Assembly: GCA_047947115.1 (NCBI GenBank)
Contig: CP170459.1
Coordinates: 1,824,001 to 1,888,000, forward strand
From: Verrucomicrobiota bacterium
GTDB taxonomy: Bacteria > Verrucomicrobiota > Verrucomicrobiia > Limisphaerales > AAA164-E04
Reading direction: 5' to 3'
DNA: 64,000 nt
In this document: positions 51,512-62,396 of the stretch, in pieces
How positions within the stretch are numbered: the first letter of the stretch is position 1
Layout: the number at the start of each line of letters is the position of its first letter
Notes under the pieces: generated by a model
What the model was told of the DNA's origin: nothing
Seen by the model: only the letters and a program-made list of their open reading frames with translations
The model's database searches: none
Program-made: the position numbers and the translations under genes

Positions 51512-51793
51512 TCATGTTTCTCGTTCTGAAAGGCGATGCAACTGATCGAGGTTTCTTTCGGCCAAGGCGAGATTCTTTGCCCGGGACCATTTTTTGAGCT
51601 GGCGTTGCCTGAGTATGGCCGACGACCAGTCGGGGTGGGATTCGGAATATATCATGGCTACGGGTTTTGAATCCCGCGTCGTTTTGCATCCTGTGCCGTT
51701 AAAGTGCTCCTGATAGCGTCTTTGCAGATTGTCTGTAGAACCGACGTAGACTTGGTCATTCTGCAATCGAAGCATGTAGGAGAAGAATTCCAT
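51512..51793 (-). CDS. Stand-alone GIY-YIG nuclease family protein, possibly degenerate
   Basis: YML...YVGST.NL.RR..EH..G, A..RQ.QLKKWSRAK (usual RE is RQ here). Confidence 0.82.
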   Translation of the reverse strand: MEFFSYMLRLQNDQVYVGSTDNLQRRYQEHFNGTGCKTTRDSKPVAMIYSESHPDWSSAILRQRQLKKWSRAKNLALAERNLDQLHRLSERET

Positions 51794-51867
51794 GAGGTTT
51801 GAAAAATGGTTTTCAATAATGGCCTGCCATGAGCAAGGCGCTGAGCAAAGCGAAGGGCCGAGTCGAA

Positions 51868-51888
51868 TGGCGCCAGTGGTTGGGCTTG
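51868..51888 (-). other. Degenerate tRNA 3-prime-end fragment (att-like scar)
   Basis: TGGCGCCAGTGGTTGGGCTTG, 18/21 identical to 62858-62878. Confidence 0.5.
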
Positions 51889-52524
51889 TGCGAATTGACT
51901 TCAACATTACCAATAGTTTACAAAAAAAACTCTGGTAATATTCAAGCGTAATCTCCCAATACTAGCGCGTACACCCCCGGTAGTTTTTAAGTTGCTGTTT
52001 TCGTAATGCTGAACGATAGATCTAATATTGATTTAATCCATTTCCAACACTCGCATGCAGAGCAGAATGCGTCGTCAGAATTGACTGTCATTCACAGTTG
52101 ATGGCAGAAGCACCACCCTAGAAACCAGCATTTGCTTCATCATTTTAATCTTGGCAGGTTGAGTGCTTTGGTTGGCGTGTTAAGTTCAATCTCATGATGC
52201 AAAGCAAGTCTGCTGGCCGCTGGCTCAGCCTTGAGGAGCGTAATTTTGATGCATCTTTAGAAACAGCAATCAACTAAACTCGATGTTATTCGGGCTTCGA
52301 AGTCCGCTCTTTAAATTATTGGCTCACATAAAATGTCTAACTTATGGCTGGTTATGTCTAAAATTTAGAAAAAGTATGTTTTAATGGGTTTTTGCAAAAA
52401 ATTAGTTTTATTGCGCGTTGGAGATCATCATTATTTCACGAAAATTTTATCAATCTCTACCTGGGAGCCATTTTAAGGATACTTCGGCTCAAGAAAGCTG
52501 CGCCAAAAATAAGTAAACAAAACG

Positions 52525-52552
52525 TTGACAAAAAGGCTACACGCAGTAGGTT
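52525..52552 (+). promoter_or_regulatory. Possible sigma70 promoter for the two small membrane genes
   Basis: TTGACA, 16-nt spacer, TAGGTT, with A-rich upstream tract. Confidence 0.35.
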
Positions 52553-52656
52553 TCAGTCAACAATGATGTCGCTCATTTAAATGTGGTCAGTATCTAACAC
52601 AGTCTTGAGACGGTTCTCAACTTCATTACCCAGATCAAACAAAACAAGAACGCACC

Positions 52657-52881
52657 ATGGAAAAAGAAAGAGTTTCGCCTCTAAACGACCAGCTACCATC
52701 ATTTAGAAGCATCGACATACCATTTGGTGTTGCAGCCTTCGCCAGCCTGGTCGTTAGCGTGTATCTGTGGTTCCTGGTGGATCGAAATGCCGGCCTGTTT
52801 GTCGGAATGTGGGTTCCAAGCATCATTGGGTTGTGGGGCGTGGTTCGTCTCATACTTCTCACCCATATCATACGAAATTAA
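52657..52881 (+). CDS. Small two-TM membrane protein
   Basis: 74 aa, ASLVVSVYLW...GLFVGMWVPSI. Confidence 0.7.
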   Translation: MEKERVSPLNDQLPSFRSIDIPFGVAAFASLVVSVYLWFLVDRNAGLFVGMWVPSIIGLWGVVRLILLTHIIRN

Positions 52882-52893
52882 TAATTAACGTTT

Positions 52894-53106
52894 ATGACAC
52901 TATTCCCAATATTCGCTTTCGGACTCGTCATCACTGGCATCGTCATCAAGGGTATTCTCAACGCTCGGTTGATGTTTCAAGCGGAAATACACGCTCAAAC
53001 CATTCGTCAACAACATCAGCTGAAATGGAGAGAGCATTCCGAAAACCTGGCTCTTAACCCCGTATATCTGGAGCCGCGCCGCCGTCGCCATTCAAAGGCA
53101 TCCTAA
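52894..53106 (+). CDS. Small single-TM membrane protein
   Basis: 70 aa, N-terminal IFAFGLVITGIVIKG, 12 nt after the previous stop. Confidence 0.6.
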   Translation: MTLFPIFAFGLVITGIVIKGILNARLMFQAEIHAQTIRQQHQLKWREHSENLALNPVYLEPRRRRHSKAS

Positions 53107-53367
53107 CACACCCTCACATGATTCCTCCCACAATTTCAATGCATGGTCATCTAATTTGGCCCCCCACAATTAAATATGGTTTGCACCTCCGGGATGTGCG
53201 TTTCCGCAGTATTTCTTGGAGTTGATTGCATGAACAGTTTGGCTGTTTTATCGCCGATTAGGAGTATTCTTTTACGGTCCACACAATGAGCTCTTGATTT
53301 ATCGGGTTTGTTGATACCATTCGGTTACTCTGCGTCAGGGGTTTGTTTGAAAAGCCAACTTGTGAAG

Positions 53368-54363
53368 ATGAATAAAAAAATTGCAATTTTGGGCGCTGGG
53401 ATTGCGGGTGTTTCGACTGCACGGTTATTAAGTGGTGTCGCAGACACGGTTCTCTTTGACAAAGCGCGTGGAGTTGGCGGCCGAATGTCTGTTCGGCGCA
53501 CAGAGCCCTATTGTTATGATCACGGCGCTCAGTACTTTACAGCCCGAACCGTCGATTTTCAGAATTTCATACGGCCTGCCATTGACTCAGGTTTGATCAA
53601 ACGATGGGATGCCAGACATGTTTCATTTGATAGGGACTCTATCGTTTCCAGAAGAAATTGGCTCGATGATGAGCCGAGATATGTCGGAGTGCCCGGCATG
53701 AACAGCTTGGTCAAGCACCTTTCTGAAGGTTTGACCATTCATACAAAAACCAAGATAACCTCACTGAAGCGGCAGAAGGAATTTTGGGAGCTCCTGGACG
53801 AACAAGGCAATATTCACCGAGGTTATGACTGGGTCATCACCACCGTGCCCTCGCCCCAAGCGGCGGAGCTTCTCACCCCGTTTTTCAAGCATTACGAAGA
53901 TATACGAAGCATACAGATGCGCCCCTGCTTTTCATTGATGCTGGGTTTTTCCGAGAAATTCCCTCTTGAATTTGACGCTGCACACGTTGCTAACACCGAT
54001 GTCAGTTGGATTGGTGTAAACAGCTCCAAACCCGGGCGATCGAATCTTCCAGCGCTCGTTGTACATTCAACAGAACGCTACGCTGAAGAACATCTGGAGT
54101 CAGACCGTGATCTCATCATGAAAGCCCTATGTGCCGAGACCAGTCGTATCATCGGGCGAGATGTCAGTGGAGCGGACTCAAAGGTCTTACACGCATGGCA
54201 TTTTGCAAACAATCACAGACATGTATCGTCGCCTTGCTTTATTGATCAGGGACTTAAACTTGCTGCATGTGGCGACTGGTGTCAGGGGGGGCGCGTTGAG
54301 GGCGCTTTCAGCTCAGCTGCCAACCTTGTGGTCAAATTAAAAGAATCCCTTAAAGAAATTTAA
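53368..54363 (+). CDS. Renalase-like NAD/FAD-dependent oxidoreductase
   Basis: GAGIAG, FDKARGVGGRMS.RR, DHGAQYFTAR, YVGVPGMN, CGDWC.GGRVEGAF.S. Confidence 0.9.
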   Translation: MNKKIAILGAGIAGVSTARLLSGVADTVLFDKARGVGGRMSVRRTEPYCYDHGAQYFTARTVDFQNFIRPAIDSGLIKRWDARHVSFDRDSIVSRRNWLDDEPRYVGVPGMNSLVKHLSEGLTIHTKTKITSLKRQKEFWELLDEQGNIHRGYDWVITTVPSPQAAELLTPFFKHYEDIRSIQMRPCFSLMLGFSEKFPLEFDAAHVANTDVSWIGVNSSKPGRSNLPALVVHSTERYAEEHLESDRDLIMKALCAETSRIIGRDVSGADSKVLHAWHFANNHRHVSSPCFIDQGLKLAACGDWCQGGRVEGAFSSAANLVVKLKESLKEI

Positions 54364-54554
54364 GAGCACCAAACTGTTGTGGTGGGAATGATGGTCTGAA
54401 ACTGGTGTAAAGCGAATCTTAAACAACGAAAAGATTTCGAAGCAAATCATCAGCCATCATTTCAGGATTGTGGGTAACTATTGAAGCAAAGGTTGGCTAC
54501 GCAAACTCTGTGACCCCGTTCCGACATTTTTTCAAAACGTTTCAACTTTTTAAT

Positions 54555-55274
54555 ATGCTAAAAAACATATCAGTCATCGGTGCTTCTGGCGCCATTGGTA
54601 GTGCTTTCATAGAGCATCTGCCATCATTTTTTCCAGATGCAATGGTGCACGCGTTTTCCCGTCAACCATCCCGGAACTCTACCCCCAATGTGGAGTGGCA
54701 TATAATGGACTACCAAAGCGAAGATTCCATTCGCTCCTGCGCCGAGCTTGCTTCCCTGGGAGCCCCACTCGATCTGGTTCTTGTGGCTACCGGAATGTTG
54801 CATGACACAAATTTAAGACCTGAAAAGTCTCTGCGTGAATTGTCATTTGAAAAATTCCAACGTTTATTTGCGGTCAACACTATTGTGCCTGCTTTGGTCG
54901 CAAAGCACTTCCTGCCCAGGTTAAACAGGGACACACCTTCATTGTTTGCCACTCTTTCGGCGAGGGTGGGTAGCATCAGTGATAATCAACTGGGAGGTTG
55001 GTATGCTTATCGGATGTCAAAAGCGGCGCTCAACATGTTCATCAGGAATTCAGCGATTGAAATTGCGAAGCGTAACCAGCAGGCCATCATCGTCGGCTTG
55101 TATCCGGGCATGGTGGATAGTTCGTTATCAAAACCGTACCAGAAAAATGTTCCCAGATCTAATATCCTTTCCCCAAAAATGGCGGTTCTAAACATGGTCG
55201 CGGTCTTGAAATCCTTAACTCCCGAGCAAACCGGCAGGTGTTTTGATTGGGATGGACAAGAAATACTTCCTTAA
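54555..55274 (+). CDS. Short-chain dehydrogenase, CsgA (C-factor)-like
   Basis: GASGAIG, PEKSL, SARVGSISDN.LGGWYAYRMSKAALN, WDG..LP. Confidence 0.9.
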   Translation: MLKNISVIGASGAIGSAFIEHLPSFFPDAMVHAFSRQPSRNSTPNVEWHIMDYQSEDSIRSCAELASLGAPLDLVLVATGMLHDTNLRPEKSLRELSFEKFQRLFAVNTIVPALVAKHFLPRLNRDTPSLFATLSARVGSISDNQLGGWYAYRMSKAALNMFIRNSAIEIAKRNQQAIIVGLYPGMVDSSLSKPYQKNVPRSNILSPKMAVLNMVAVLKSLTPEQTGRCFDWDGQEILP

Positions 55275-55495
55275 ATGCAACTAGTTTGGTTTTGATTTAA
55301 ATACTGCCCGTCTCGACGGAGATCAATACTGTTCGAATTTACAATCCAATCAAACAATGCATGGATCCTTGCCATGGGAACTCCGAAATTTTCAAAAGGA
55401 AGTGTGCACTCCATTTGGAGTGGTTGCCCTCATTTCTCCGAATGGTTTCCCGCCAACCCACGTATTCAACCCTGAAGCACCGACTCAGGTGTGCA

Positions 55496-56671
55496 TTACT
55501 TCAATGCGCTCAAATCGCTCTCCCCGCCGTATCCTGTCAATTCCATGTAGGCTTCCCCGATTTGATTGCCCTCCGGGTCGAGTACCTCACAGGCTCCTTC
55601 CCAGTATTCAATACCACTGATGTGCCCCAACATTTCCTGGTTGTCAAACAGAGGTACCAGATGGGCCCGGAATACAGTGTTCTCTTTTTGATCAGGAAGA
55701 GAGAGTTCGATCTCAACAGGGTAGGTGTTTTTAGTTTCAGGGCTGGTCCAGCGCCTTACGACACGCCACATGTCATCCTGCAAAGGTTGATGTGAGGCGT
55801 TTCCTTTGATGTCCACCCAGGCTACGGTCGAATACGGATCCGCCTTTTCATCGGAAGTTCTCATGCGATAGGCCATGATATCTCTCCCGTCATTCAGTCG
55901 TATGCTTATCCAATCCCAGCCGACTTGGTCTTGTTCAAGTTGGCTCGAACTGACTTCATGATCCATCCACGACCATCCTTGAACCTGAAATGACTTTCCT
56001 TTCAGTCTCAGCGTCCCCGTTGTTTGCAGCCGTGTAAATGTCATGTAATAACTGGCCGCTTTTGGGTCCGCCCCTTTTCTGGAATAACCATTTTCACCAA
56101 AAAGTGTGAGGGGTTTCACCGCGGCCAGCTTCAGATCCAGACTGACGTCTGCAAGAATGCTGCCCTTTAATTCAAATTCAGGTGTCTTGATCCCTTCCAG
56201 GCGACGTAGTTTCCAGTTGCCGTTCTTCAGATCCATGTCTCCTGTTTTTGCAAAAGCCATCCAGGGACTTCTTTGCAAACGTTCCTGATGGGAAAATGTT
56301 TTGTTCTTCAGATCCAGTAATGCCATATGCGCCAGGTGAAGGTCTCTAGAAGCATGCTGGTAGCTATTGGTTGGAGCTTCCGGATCAGGTGACAATCGAA
56401 AAAATGTAGCCTGGTAACCATATCTATGCCCGTCTTCTGATGTCAGGTGACCGGTGATATACCACCATTCGATTTTGAATTCCGGGTGACTTCCGAAATC
56501 GCGCGGATACTCGAACTGATGCCCTGCCTTGGGTATCGCGTGGTCCTTGATCGCCCCCTCCACTGCCTGAAAACCGTGCAGCAGGCAAATCATCAGTAAG
56601 GCCACGGTGCATGGAAAGATCCTTCTTCCACTGGGTAGCTTTTTCAACCTAAGATCTGATTTTCCGTTCAT
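55496..56671 (-). CDS. AttH / CrtC-like lipocalin-domain secreted protein
   Basis: YPRDFGSHP.F.IEWWY.TG, G.Q.TFFR, SYY.T.TRL, WMDHE.SS, GWDW, YWEG, YMELTGY. Confidence 0.88.
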   Translation of the reverse strand: MNGKSDLRLKKLPSGRRIFPCTVALLMICLLHGFQAVEGAIKDHAIPKAGHQFEYPRDFGSHPEFKIEWWYITGHLTSEDGHRYGYQATFFRLSPDPEAPTNSYQHASRDLHLAHMALLDLKNKTFSHQERLQRSPWMAFAKTGDMDLKNGNWKLRRLEGIKTPEFELKGSILADVSLDLKLAAVKPLTLFGENGYSRKGADPKAASYYMTFTRLQTTGTLRLKGKSFQVQGWSWMDHEVSSSQLEQDQVGWDWISIRLNDGRDIMAYRMRTSDEKADPYSTVAWVDIKGNASHQPLQDDMWRVVRRWTSPETKNTYPVEIELSLPDQKENTVFRAHLVPLFDNQEMLGHISGIEYWEGACEVLDPEGNQIGEAYMELTGYGGESDLSALK

Positions 56672-59331
56672 TCTTCCTTATGCATGCGTTTTGTGGAAAC
56701 CCACCATCCGACCGGGATCGTGCTTGCCAGAACAAACAGCGAAAGAATCACAAGCAAACTGACATGATCTTTCCACGGGATGGCGCTTTGGAGGGTCCAT
56801 CCAAAGGCCTGTTTGTTGATGACCACGACCAACAACCATCCCAGGCATGCACTCAGGATGGTTCCAAAAATAAATCCTGTCCATGCACATGCCAGCCCTT
56901 CCATTCCCGTGGCCATTGCCATTCCAAACCTCGTCATACCCAGATTCTTCATCACTTGGAATTCAAGCTGCCTTTCAACCAGAGAGGTGATCATTGCCAT
57001 GGTTAATCCAGCAATGGCCACGGCTATTGCGATCCATTGCAGCACATGTGTCACCGAAAATGTCTGGTGAAAAATTTCCAGCACTTCTTCCCGCAAGACA
57101 CGATTAGTACGTATTGAAATGCCCGTTTGACGGCTCAAGATTTCGTTGCGAACCTCCTCGGGATCCGCTCCGGGGTTCAGATATACTGCGATGTTGACCG
57201 CGCGTTCATCCTGAAACCAATCGCTGACATGATTCCGGTCAACCGCAACCGTTCCCTGTTCATTTCCATATTCAGCAAATACTCCCGCAATTCGCACTGT
57301 CTTATAACCTTTGGGTGTTGGTATCTTGATTAGGTCATCGATTTTTACATCAAACCTGGATTGGAAACTCTCGTTCACAACAGCCACTGGCATGTTCGTA
57401 TTCGAGCTCGCAGATGGACTTGACGATGGTTTCTGGATCCACAGGGCATACTCCCAGTCCAATGGATTCGAGACGGGCATGCTGGTGAGAAAGGTTTTTC
57501 GGCCCTGATAATCAATGGGGAAAATCTGCCCTACATCCGCTCGCTTGATATCAGTATGGTTGGAGATGCTCTGCCAGGTAGCTTTTGACATTCGGTTTTG
57601 ACTGGAAGCGCTGCCAAACCCCTGGCTGGCGACGTAAAGATCTGCATTGAGCGATTGTGAAATCCAATGGATCATGGTCGTTTCAAAACTGTGGATCATG
57701 AAGGTCATGCCTCCAGCCATGCCAACGGCGACGGTCAATGCCGCTACGCTCAGCAGATGGCGTCCCGTAGGACGTCTAAGTTGACTGAAAGCATACATGA
57801 ACACAGCATGGTAACCTGTCAAAGGTTGTAGGAGAGGGGCCATCCACCGAAGGCCTGCCGGCGCAATGAGAGTGGCTGCCAATACCCATAGGAATGCCGC
57901 AGTGTAACCGCCCAAGGGAATCCATCCATGCTCATCCGGATACGGCGGCATATAGGCGGCCACCCAGCCCATGATTGCAATACCGGCACCGAGCAGGGGC
58001 TTGTTCAGCGCCGTCATAAACCCTCCCTGTCTTCCCTGTTTGAATATTTCAGCGGGTTGTGTTTCGGCACTTTCACGCGCGGGAAACCAACCAGCCGCCA
58101 GACTGGCCATGCAGCCAAGACTCAAAGCAAGGACAGCTTCTGAGTGATTCCAGTCGGCCGATTCCGATGCGCTTTGAAGGTAAAGTGCATTCACCGTGGA
58201 GGCGACCAGCCGCACCGCCCATTGTGCCCCGGCCCATCCCAGAATCAATCCGCCACCACTCCCCAGCAATCCATACCAAAGGCTTTCCAATAACCACGCT
58301 GTTTTCACTGCTCCCGGTGTGATTCCCAAAGAACGCAGTGTCGCAATTTCCATTCTTCCCCTGACAATCGCAGCATCCATGCCCTGCATGATGAGATACA
58401 TGCCAACGACCAGTGCCAACATGGAAAGAATGGTCAAATTCAGGCGGAACGCGCGCGTCACGGAAGCGTTGCTGTTTAGTGATGTTTGAGGAGTATCCAC
58501 TGTCCAGCGCTGGTTGTTCTCCAGGTTCCCTTGCGCCTTGTCCATGAGGATTGACTTGTCCCGTCCCGGAGGAAAATAGAGTTCCACACGATGACTCAAT
58601 CCGGTTTGTTGCATGGCGCGCTGCAGGTCGACGATGTTCATGAACAGGATTGTTGACGGATGTGATACTTTGAAAACCTCGTCTCGACTCACATGCAAGA
58701 TTGAAAGAATGGTGTTGCGATCATCCATGATGACTTCCATTTGATCACCGGTTTTCAGATTGCGCTTGTTTGCCAGTGCTTGGGACACGACGACTCCGTA
58801 GGAGGCTTCACCGGGCTCTCCCTGTGAATGATGGGATGTTTCCTTCCATGCGTGATATGCTGATTCATTGCTGCTGTCCGGGTCATAATAAATCAGATTG
58901 GACATGGCGAAAGTATCGAGGCCCACCACGAGGAATTGATGCAGGTTGAGGCTGTCTCCTTTTTGAGCGGCGTCCGTGGCGGTAGTCTCCAGCACTGGTG
59001 CCATGACACAAGGAATTGAATCTAGCTGGTTTTGAATCGAGTAAAGGTCTTCCTCTGAGAATTGACCTGATGGAGACGTCAAGACCAGATCCGGACGAAG
59101 TCCCAGAGTCCGGTCAAAGTAGGTGAATCCACTGATCGCGGCGCGGTTTGCCAGTCTGATGGAAAAAAATGCGGCAACACCCACCGCAATGATGCTGCAG
59201 AACGCCAAAGTAGACAACGGATGACGTGTCCAGTGGCGCATGTGGATAATCCTCAACAGGATCAGGACTTGTTGGATATGATGTTTCAAACGATCAGATT
59301 TCCATCCTGCATCTTCCAGGTTGTGTTGCAA
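56668..59331 (-). CDS. ABC transporter permease, double FtsX/MacB-type (AttFG-like); start uncertain
   Basis: Two MacB-like periplasmic/TM units, EIATLRSLG, IFHQTF.VT, VINKQAFGW. Confidence 0.9.
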   Translation of the reverse strand: MQHNLEDAGWKSDRLKHHIQQVLILLRIIHMRHWTRHPLSTLAFCSIIAVGVAAFFSIRLANRAAISGFTYFDRTLGLRPDLVLTSPSGQFSEEDLYSIQNQLDSIPCVMAPVLETTATDAAQKGDSLNLHQFLVVGLDTFAMSNLIYYDPDSSNESAYHAWKETSHHSQGEPGEASYGVVVSQALANKRNLKTGDQMEVIMDDRNTILSILHVSRDEVFKVSHPSTILFMNIVDLQRAMQQTGLSHRVELYFPPGRDKSILMDKAQGNLENNQRWTVDTPQTSLNSNASVTRAFRLNLTILSMLALVVGMYLIMQGMDAAIVRGRMEIATLRSLGITPGAVKTAWLLESLWYGLLGSGGGLILGWAGAQWAVRLVASTVNALYLQSASESADWNHSEAVLALSLGCMASLAAGWFPARESAETQPAEIFKQGRQGGFMTALNKPLLGAGIAIMGWVAAYMPPYPDEHGWIPLGGYTAAFLWVLAATLIAPAGLRWMAPLLQPLTGYHAVFMYAFSQLRRPTGRHLLSVAALTVAVGMAGGMTFMIHSFETTMIHWISQSLNADLYVASQGFGSASSQNRMSKATWQSISNHTDIKRADVGQIFPIDYQGRKTFLTSMPVSNPLDWEYALWIQKPSSSPSASSNTNMPVAVVNESFQSRFDVKIDDLIKIPTPKGYKTVRIAGVFAEYGNEQGTVAVDRNHVSDWFQDERAVNIAVYLNPGADPEEVRNEILSRQTGISIRTNRVLREEVLEIFHQTFSVTHVLQWIAIAVAIAGLTMAMITSLVERQLEFQVMKNLGMTRFGMAMATGMEGLACAWTGFIFGTILSACLGWLLVVVINKQAFGWTLQSAIPWKDHVSLLVILSLFVLASTIPVGWWVSTKRMHKEE

Positions 59332-59972
59332 ATGGCAGATGCTTCCTGGCTGTGAGTGACAAGCAGCAGAGCAATTCCCTTTGCGCAGATAAGATTTTGC
59401 ATCAGATCCAGAATACGTCGGCCGTTCTGACTATCCAGATTACCGGTCGGTTCATCTGCCAGAATGACTTTCGGGCTCGTGATCAAAGCTCTTGCGATGG
59501 CGGTTCGCTGTTGCTCGCCTCCACTCAATTGGTTCGGGAATGCCTGCTTCCTGTTTGTCATGCCCACCTGTTTCAAGATAGAGGCCACACTGTCCCTGCG
59601 TTTATCCTGCGGTATTGATTGAATTTGAAGAGGGAATTCGATGTTTTCCTCTACGGTCAAGGTTGGCAGCAGGTAGAAAAACTGAAAAATGGAAGCGATC
59701 TGAGTACGTCTCAACCCGGCGATTTCACTGGGAAGCATCTGCATCATATCACGTTCACGAAAAAATAATCTTCCTGAATCAGCTTTGTCGACACCTCCCA
59801 GGCAATGGAGCAGGGTGCTCTTGCCGGAGCCCGAGGGCCCCATAATGGCGGTCATGCTTCCGGGCTCGAGCTCAAAGGAAACATTTTTCAAAACGCTGGT
59901 TTGTCCATATCGCTTTTGAAGGCCCTCGACCCGGTAGATGCTGCTTGGTTTATCTGTGTTGTTGGATGACAC
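59286..59972 (-). CDS. ABC transporter ATP-binding protein (LolD-like)
   Basis: [31 protein letters not shown]. Confidence 0.95.
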   Translation of the reverse strand: MSSNNTDKPSSIYRVEGLQKRYGQTSVLKNVSFELEPGSMTAIMGPSGSGKSTLLHCLGGVDKADSGRLFFRERDMMQMLPSEIAGLRRTQIASIFQFFYLLPTLTVEENIEFPLQIQSIPQDKRRDSVASILKQVGMTNRKQAFPNQLSGGEQQRTAIARALITSPKVILADEPTGNLDSQNGRRILDLMQNLICAKGIALLLVTHSQEASAICNTTWKMQDGNLIV

Positions 59973-62391
59973 ATCCGAGAATATGCCTTATGGGCAGCGG
60001 AAGGCAACACGTGCTTGGCATTTCAATGGAGGAAAGACACTCATCCGGCTCTATTTCGAATCATCCGTTTTCGCGCCAGCCTTTGTTGGAATCAAGTGGT
60101 CATGTCTTTGAAGGAGAATCTCAATTTGGCGCATCCCGCCTGCCTGGCAGAAGTGCGAATTTCATGTTCATTACATTTTGTCCCTTGACCCGGGTTCCCC
60201 ACGGGTGTCTTTTACTGCCATCGTCGGAAACATAACTGATTTATGTTCAAAATGACCGCTAAAAAAGTATGAATGAGCGCATGCTTTCAAATGATGTTTG
60301 GATATTAGGGCCAAGTTCACAATGACAGATAGATCAGCAAAAGAAATGTTACAATTATTCCCCACAGTCACACGCGTTTATCTCACATCAAAGCATTTAG
60401 TCACGGGGCTTCATGCTGGCGGACCCTTCGAAGCTTTGGGAGACTGACACGGATATCTTCGGCCATCAAGATTCATATGTCTGAGTTAGATTGCAAAAGA
60501 GGTGAGCGCGTTGCTTCCATGTTGTTGGGAACCTTCATCGGGGATGCGCATGCGATGCCTGCGCATTGGTATTATGACCGCAATGCTCTGCGGAAGGATT
60601 ATGGATGGATAACTGATTTCCTCGCACCCCGAAATCCCCATCCAGACAGCATTCTTTGGCGCAGTCATTACAAGCCTCTGAATGCAAAGGGAGACATCCT
60701 TCACCAGGAATCAGTTTACTGGGGAAAAAGAGGGGTACACTACCATCAACACCTCGAACCAGGAGAAAACACCCTCAGTCTTCAATTGGCTTGTCTTTTA
60801 CTGGAAACCTTGAAGCAATCAGGGAAATATGACGCGGATGCATACCTGATGCGCTACCGAGATTACATGCTCACACCAGGGAATCATCGTGATACCTACA
60901 TAGAAGAATGTCATCCTCAGTTTTTTACCAATTACGCGAGAGGTAAGAAATTAAGGTCCTGTGGTGGACCCGATAATCACATCGGAGGTCTCGCTTCCGC
61001 AGCTATTTTGCTGGTTGGAGGGAATCAGGATCTCGAAACCACCAGAGCTGTCGTAAAAGAACACATCAGCTTGACACATCATCATGCTTATCTGGATCGT
61101 GCGGCGGATTCTTACATCCAAATATTGTGGCATGTGCTGAACGGACAAGACTTGAGAAATGCCATAGAGGCACATGCCAAAGAATTTTTTTCAAAACGAA
61201 AAGCTCAAACTTGGGAAGCTACTGAGGATGGAGAGGTAGTTGATCATCATTTCAGTTCAGCTTGCTACATCGATAAAGCATTTCCAGCTTCTTTGTATTT
61301 GGCCTGGAAATACGCCCACTCTTTTCGCGAAGGCATCATCGCAAACACAAATATAGGCGGCGATAATTGCCACCGTGGAGCAGTAGTTGGAGCCCTCTTG
61401 GGAGCAGCTGCAGGTTTGAACGCTATTCCTGAGCAATGGATAAACCGCCTCAAATTGAGCCCTCGGTTGGCAGATCTTCAGGGCCAGAAACAATACTCCA
61501 GTACATGAAGTGAACGCTTTGCTGCAAGTTTTCTACAAAAAAACAGGGGAACTGTGGCTTTCGTTCAGGCATATGCGATGATCATGTCGCCTCTGGATTT
61601 TATAACCGGTCATTGGATTCCCGAGCAATATGGCCGTCCAGTCACCCTGAAACTCAGAACCTATTTGAAGTGAAGTCTCATGCACCGCTTCGTGCTGGAA
61701 AGTTCCATTTTACTTTTGCATGGAGCCGGTCAAATTGGAGGACTGTCCTTAGCTGCCCTGTTGCTGATCTTGATGTTCATCTTTGCGATTCGTTTTCAAT
61801 TGCATACCGCAATTTGTGTCGGAGTCCTCCAGAAGATGGATGATCCTTGTGATATTCGTCCAGACTTGGAGGCGATTTGGGTTGAATGCAAAGATCCCTG
61901 TTTTTCCTGATGTATTGTGGGATTGCCGGGACGATAGCAAATCATCTTACCGTCCAAATGGTACCATGCTTATGGTGCCGACTTCATGAGGTATCTTCAC
62001 ATGCGACGCCAAAAGCCCATACACGCAGGTTGGCGCAGTCGAGGGATGATTTTTGCTTGTGCTTGGGTGTTGATGAGTTTCTTCCTTTCGGCTCACTTGG
62101 TTGGCTTTCCAGAGGGCGGGCTGATTTCCACATTACATCTGAGTTTACTATCGTCTGTTTTTCATTTCCTGGGGCTCCTATTACTACCTACACCGGGCCG
62201 CCGTGCGACATTGGCCATCGATCAGTGGGTGCAACAAAGCATCGGCTCTGAACATGCTTTTAAAGATTGGATTCAGAAATTTTCCAACATGACAGATGGA
62301 GAGGTTCAGCGTGGTCGATGGATTGAAAGAATTTTCCATCCTATCCCAGCACTGCAAAACCGACTTCATCATTACCGATCAACTCATTTGA
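59853..62391. repeat. Diverged direct duplication, copy 2
   Basis: Colinear with 41819-44617, about 260 nt shorter (deletion near 61555). Confidence 0.95.
60477..61508 (+). CDS. ADP-ribosylglycohydrolase family protein, copy 2
   Basis: 343 aa; 9 amino-acid differences from copy 1 by eye. Confidence 0.85.
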   Translation: MSELDCKRGERVASMLLGTFIGDAHAMPAHWYYDRNALRKDYGWITDFLAPRNPHPDSILWRSHYKPLNAKGDILHQESVYWGKRGVHYHQHLEPGENTLSLQLACLLLETLKQSGKYDADAYLMRYRDYMLTPGNHRDTYIEECHPQFFTNYARGKKLRSCGGPDNHIGGLASAAILLVGGNQDLETTRAVVKEHISLTHHHAYLDRAADSYIQILWHVLNGQDLRNAIEAHAKEFFSKRKAQTWEATEDGEVVDHHFSSACYIDKAFPASLYLAWKYAHSFREGIIANTNIGGDNCHRGAVVGALLGAAAGLNAIPEQWINRLKLSPRLADLQGQKQYSST

Positions 62392-62396
62392 ATTGA
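61505..62396 (+). pseudogene. Pseudogene copy of the M48-like membrane protein
   Basis: 5-prime deletion, in-frame stops at 61671, 61908 and 61935, 3-prime truncation. Confidence 0.9.
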
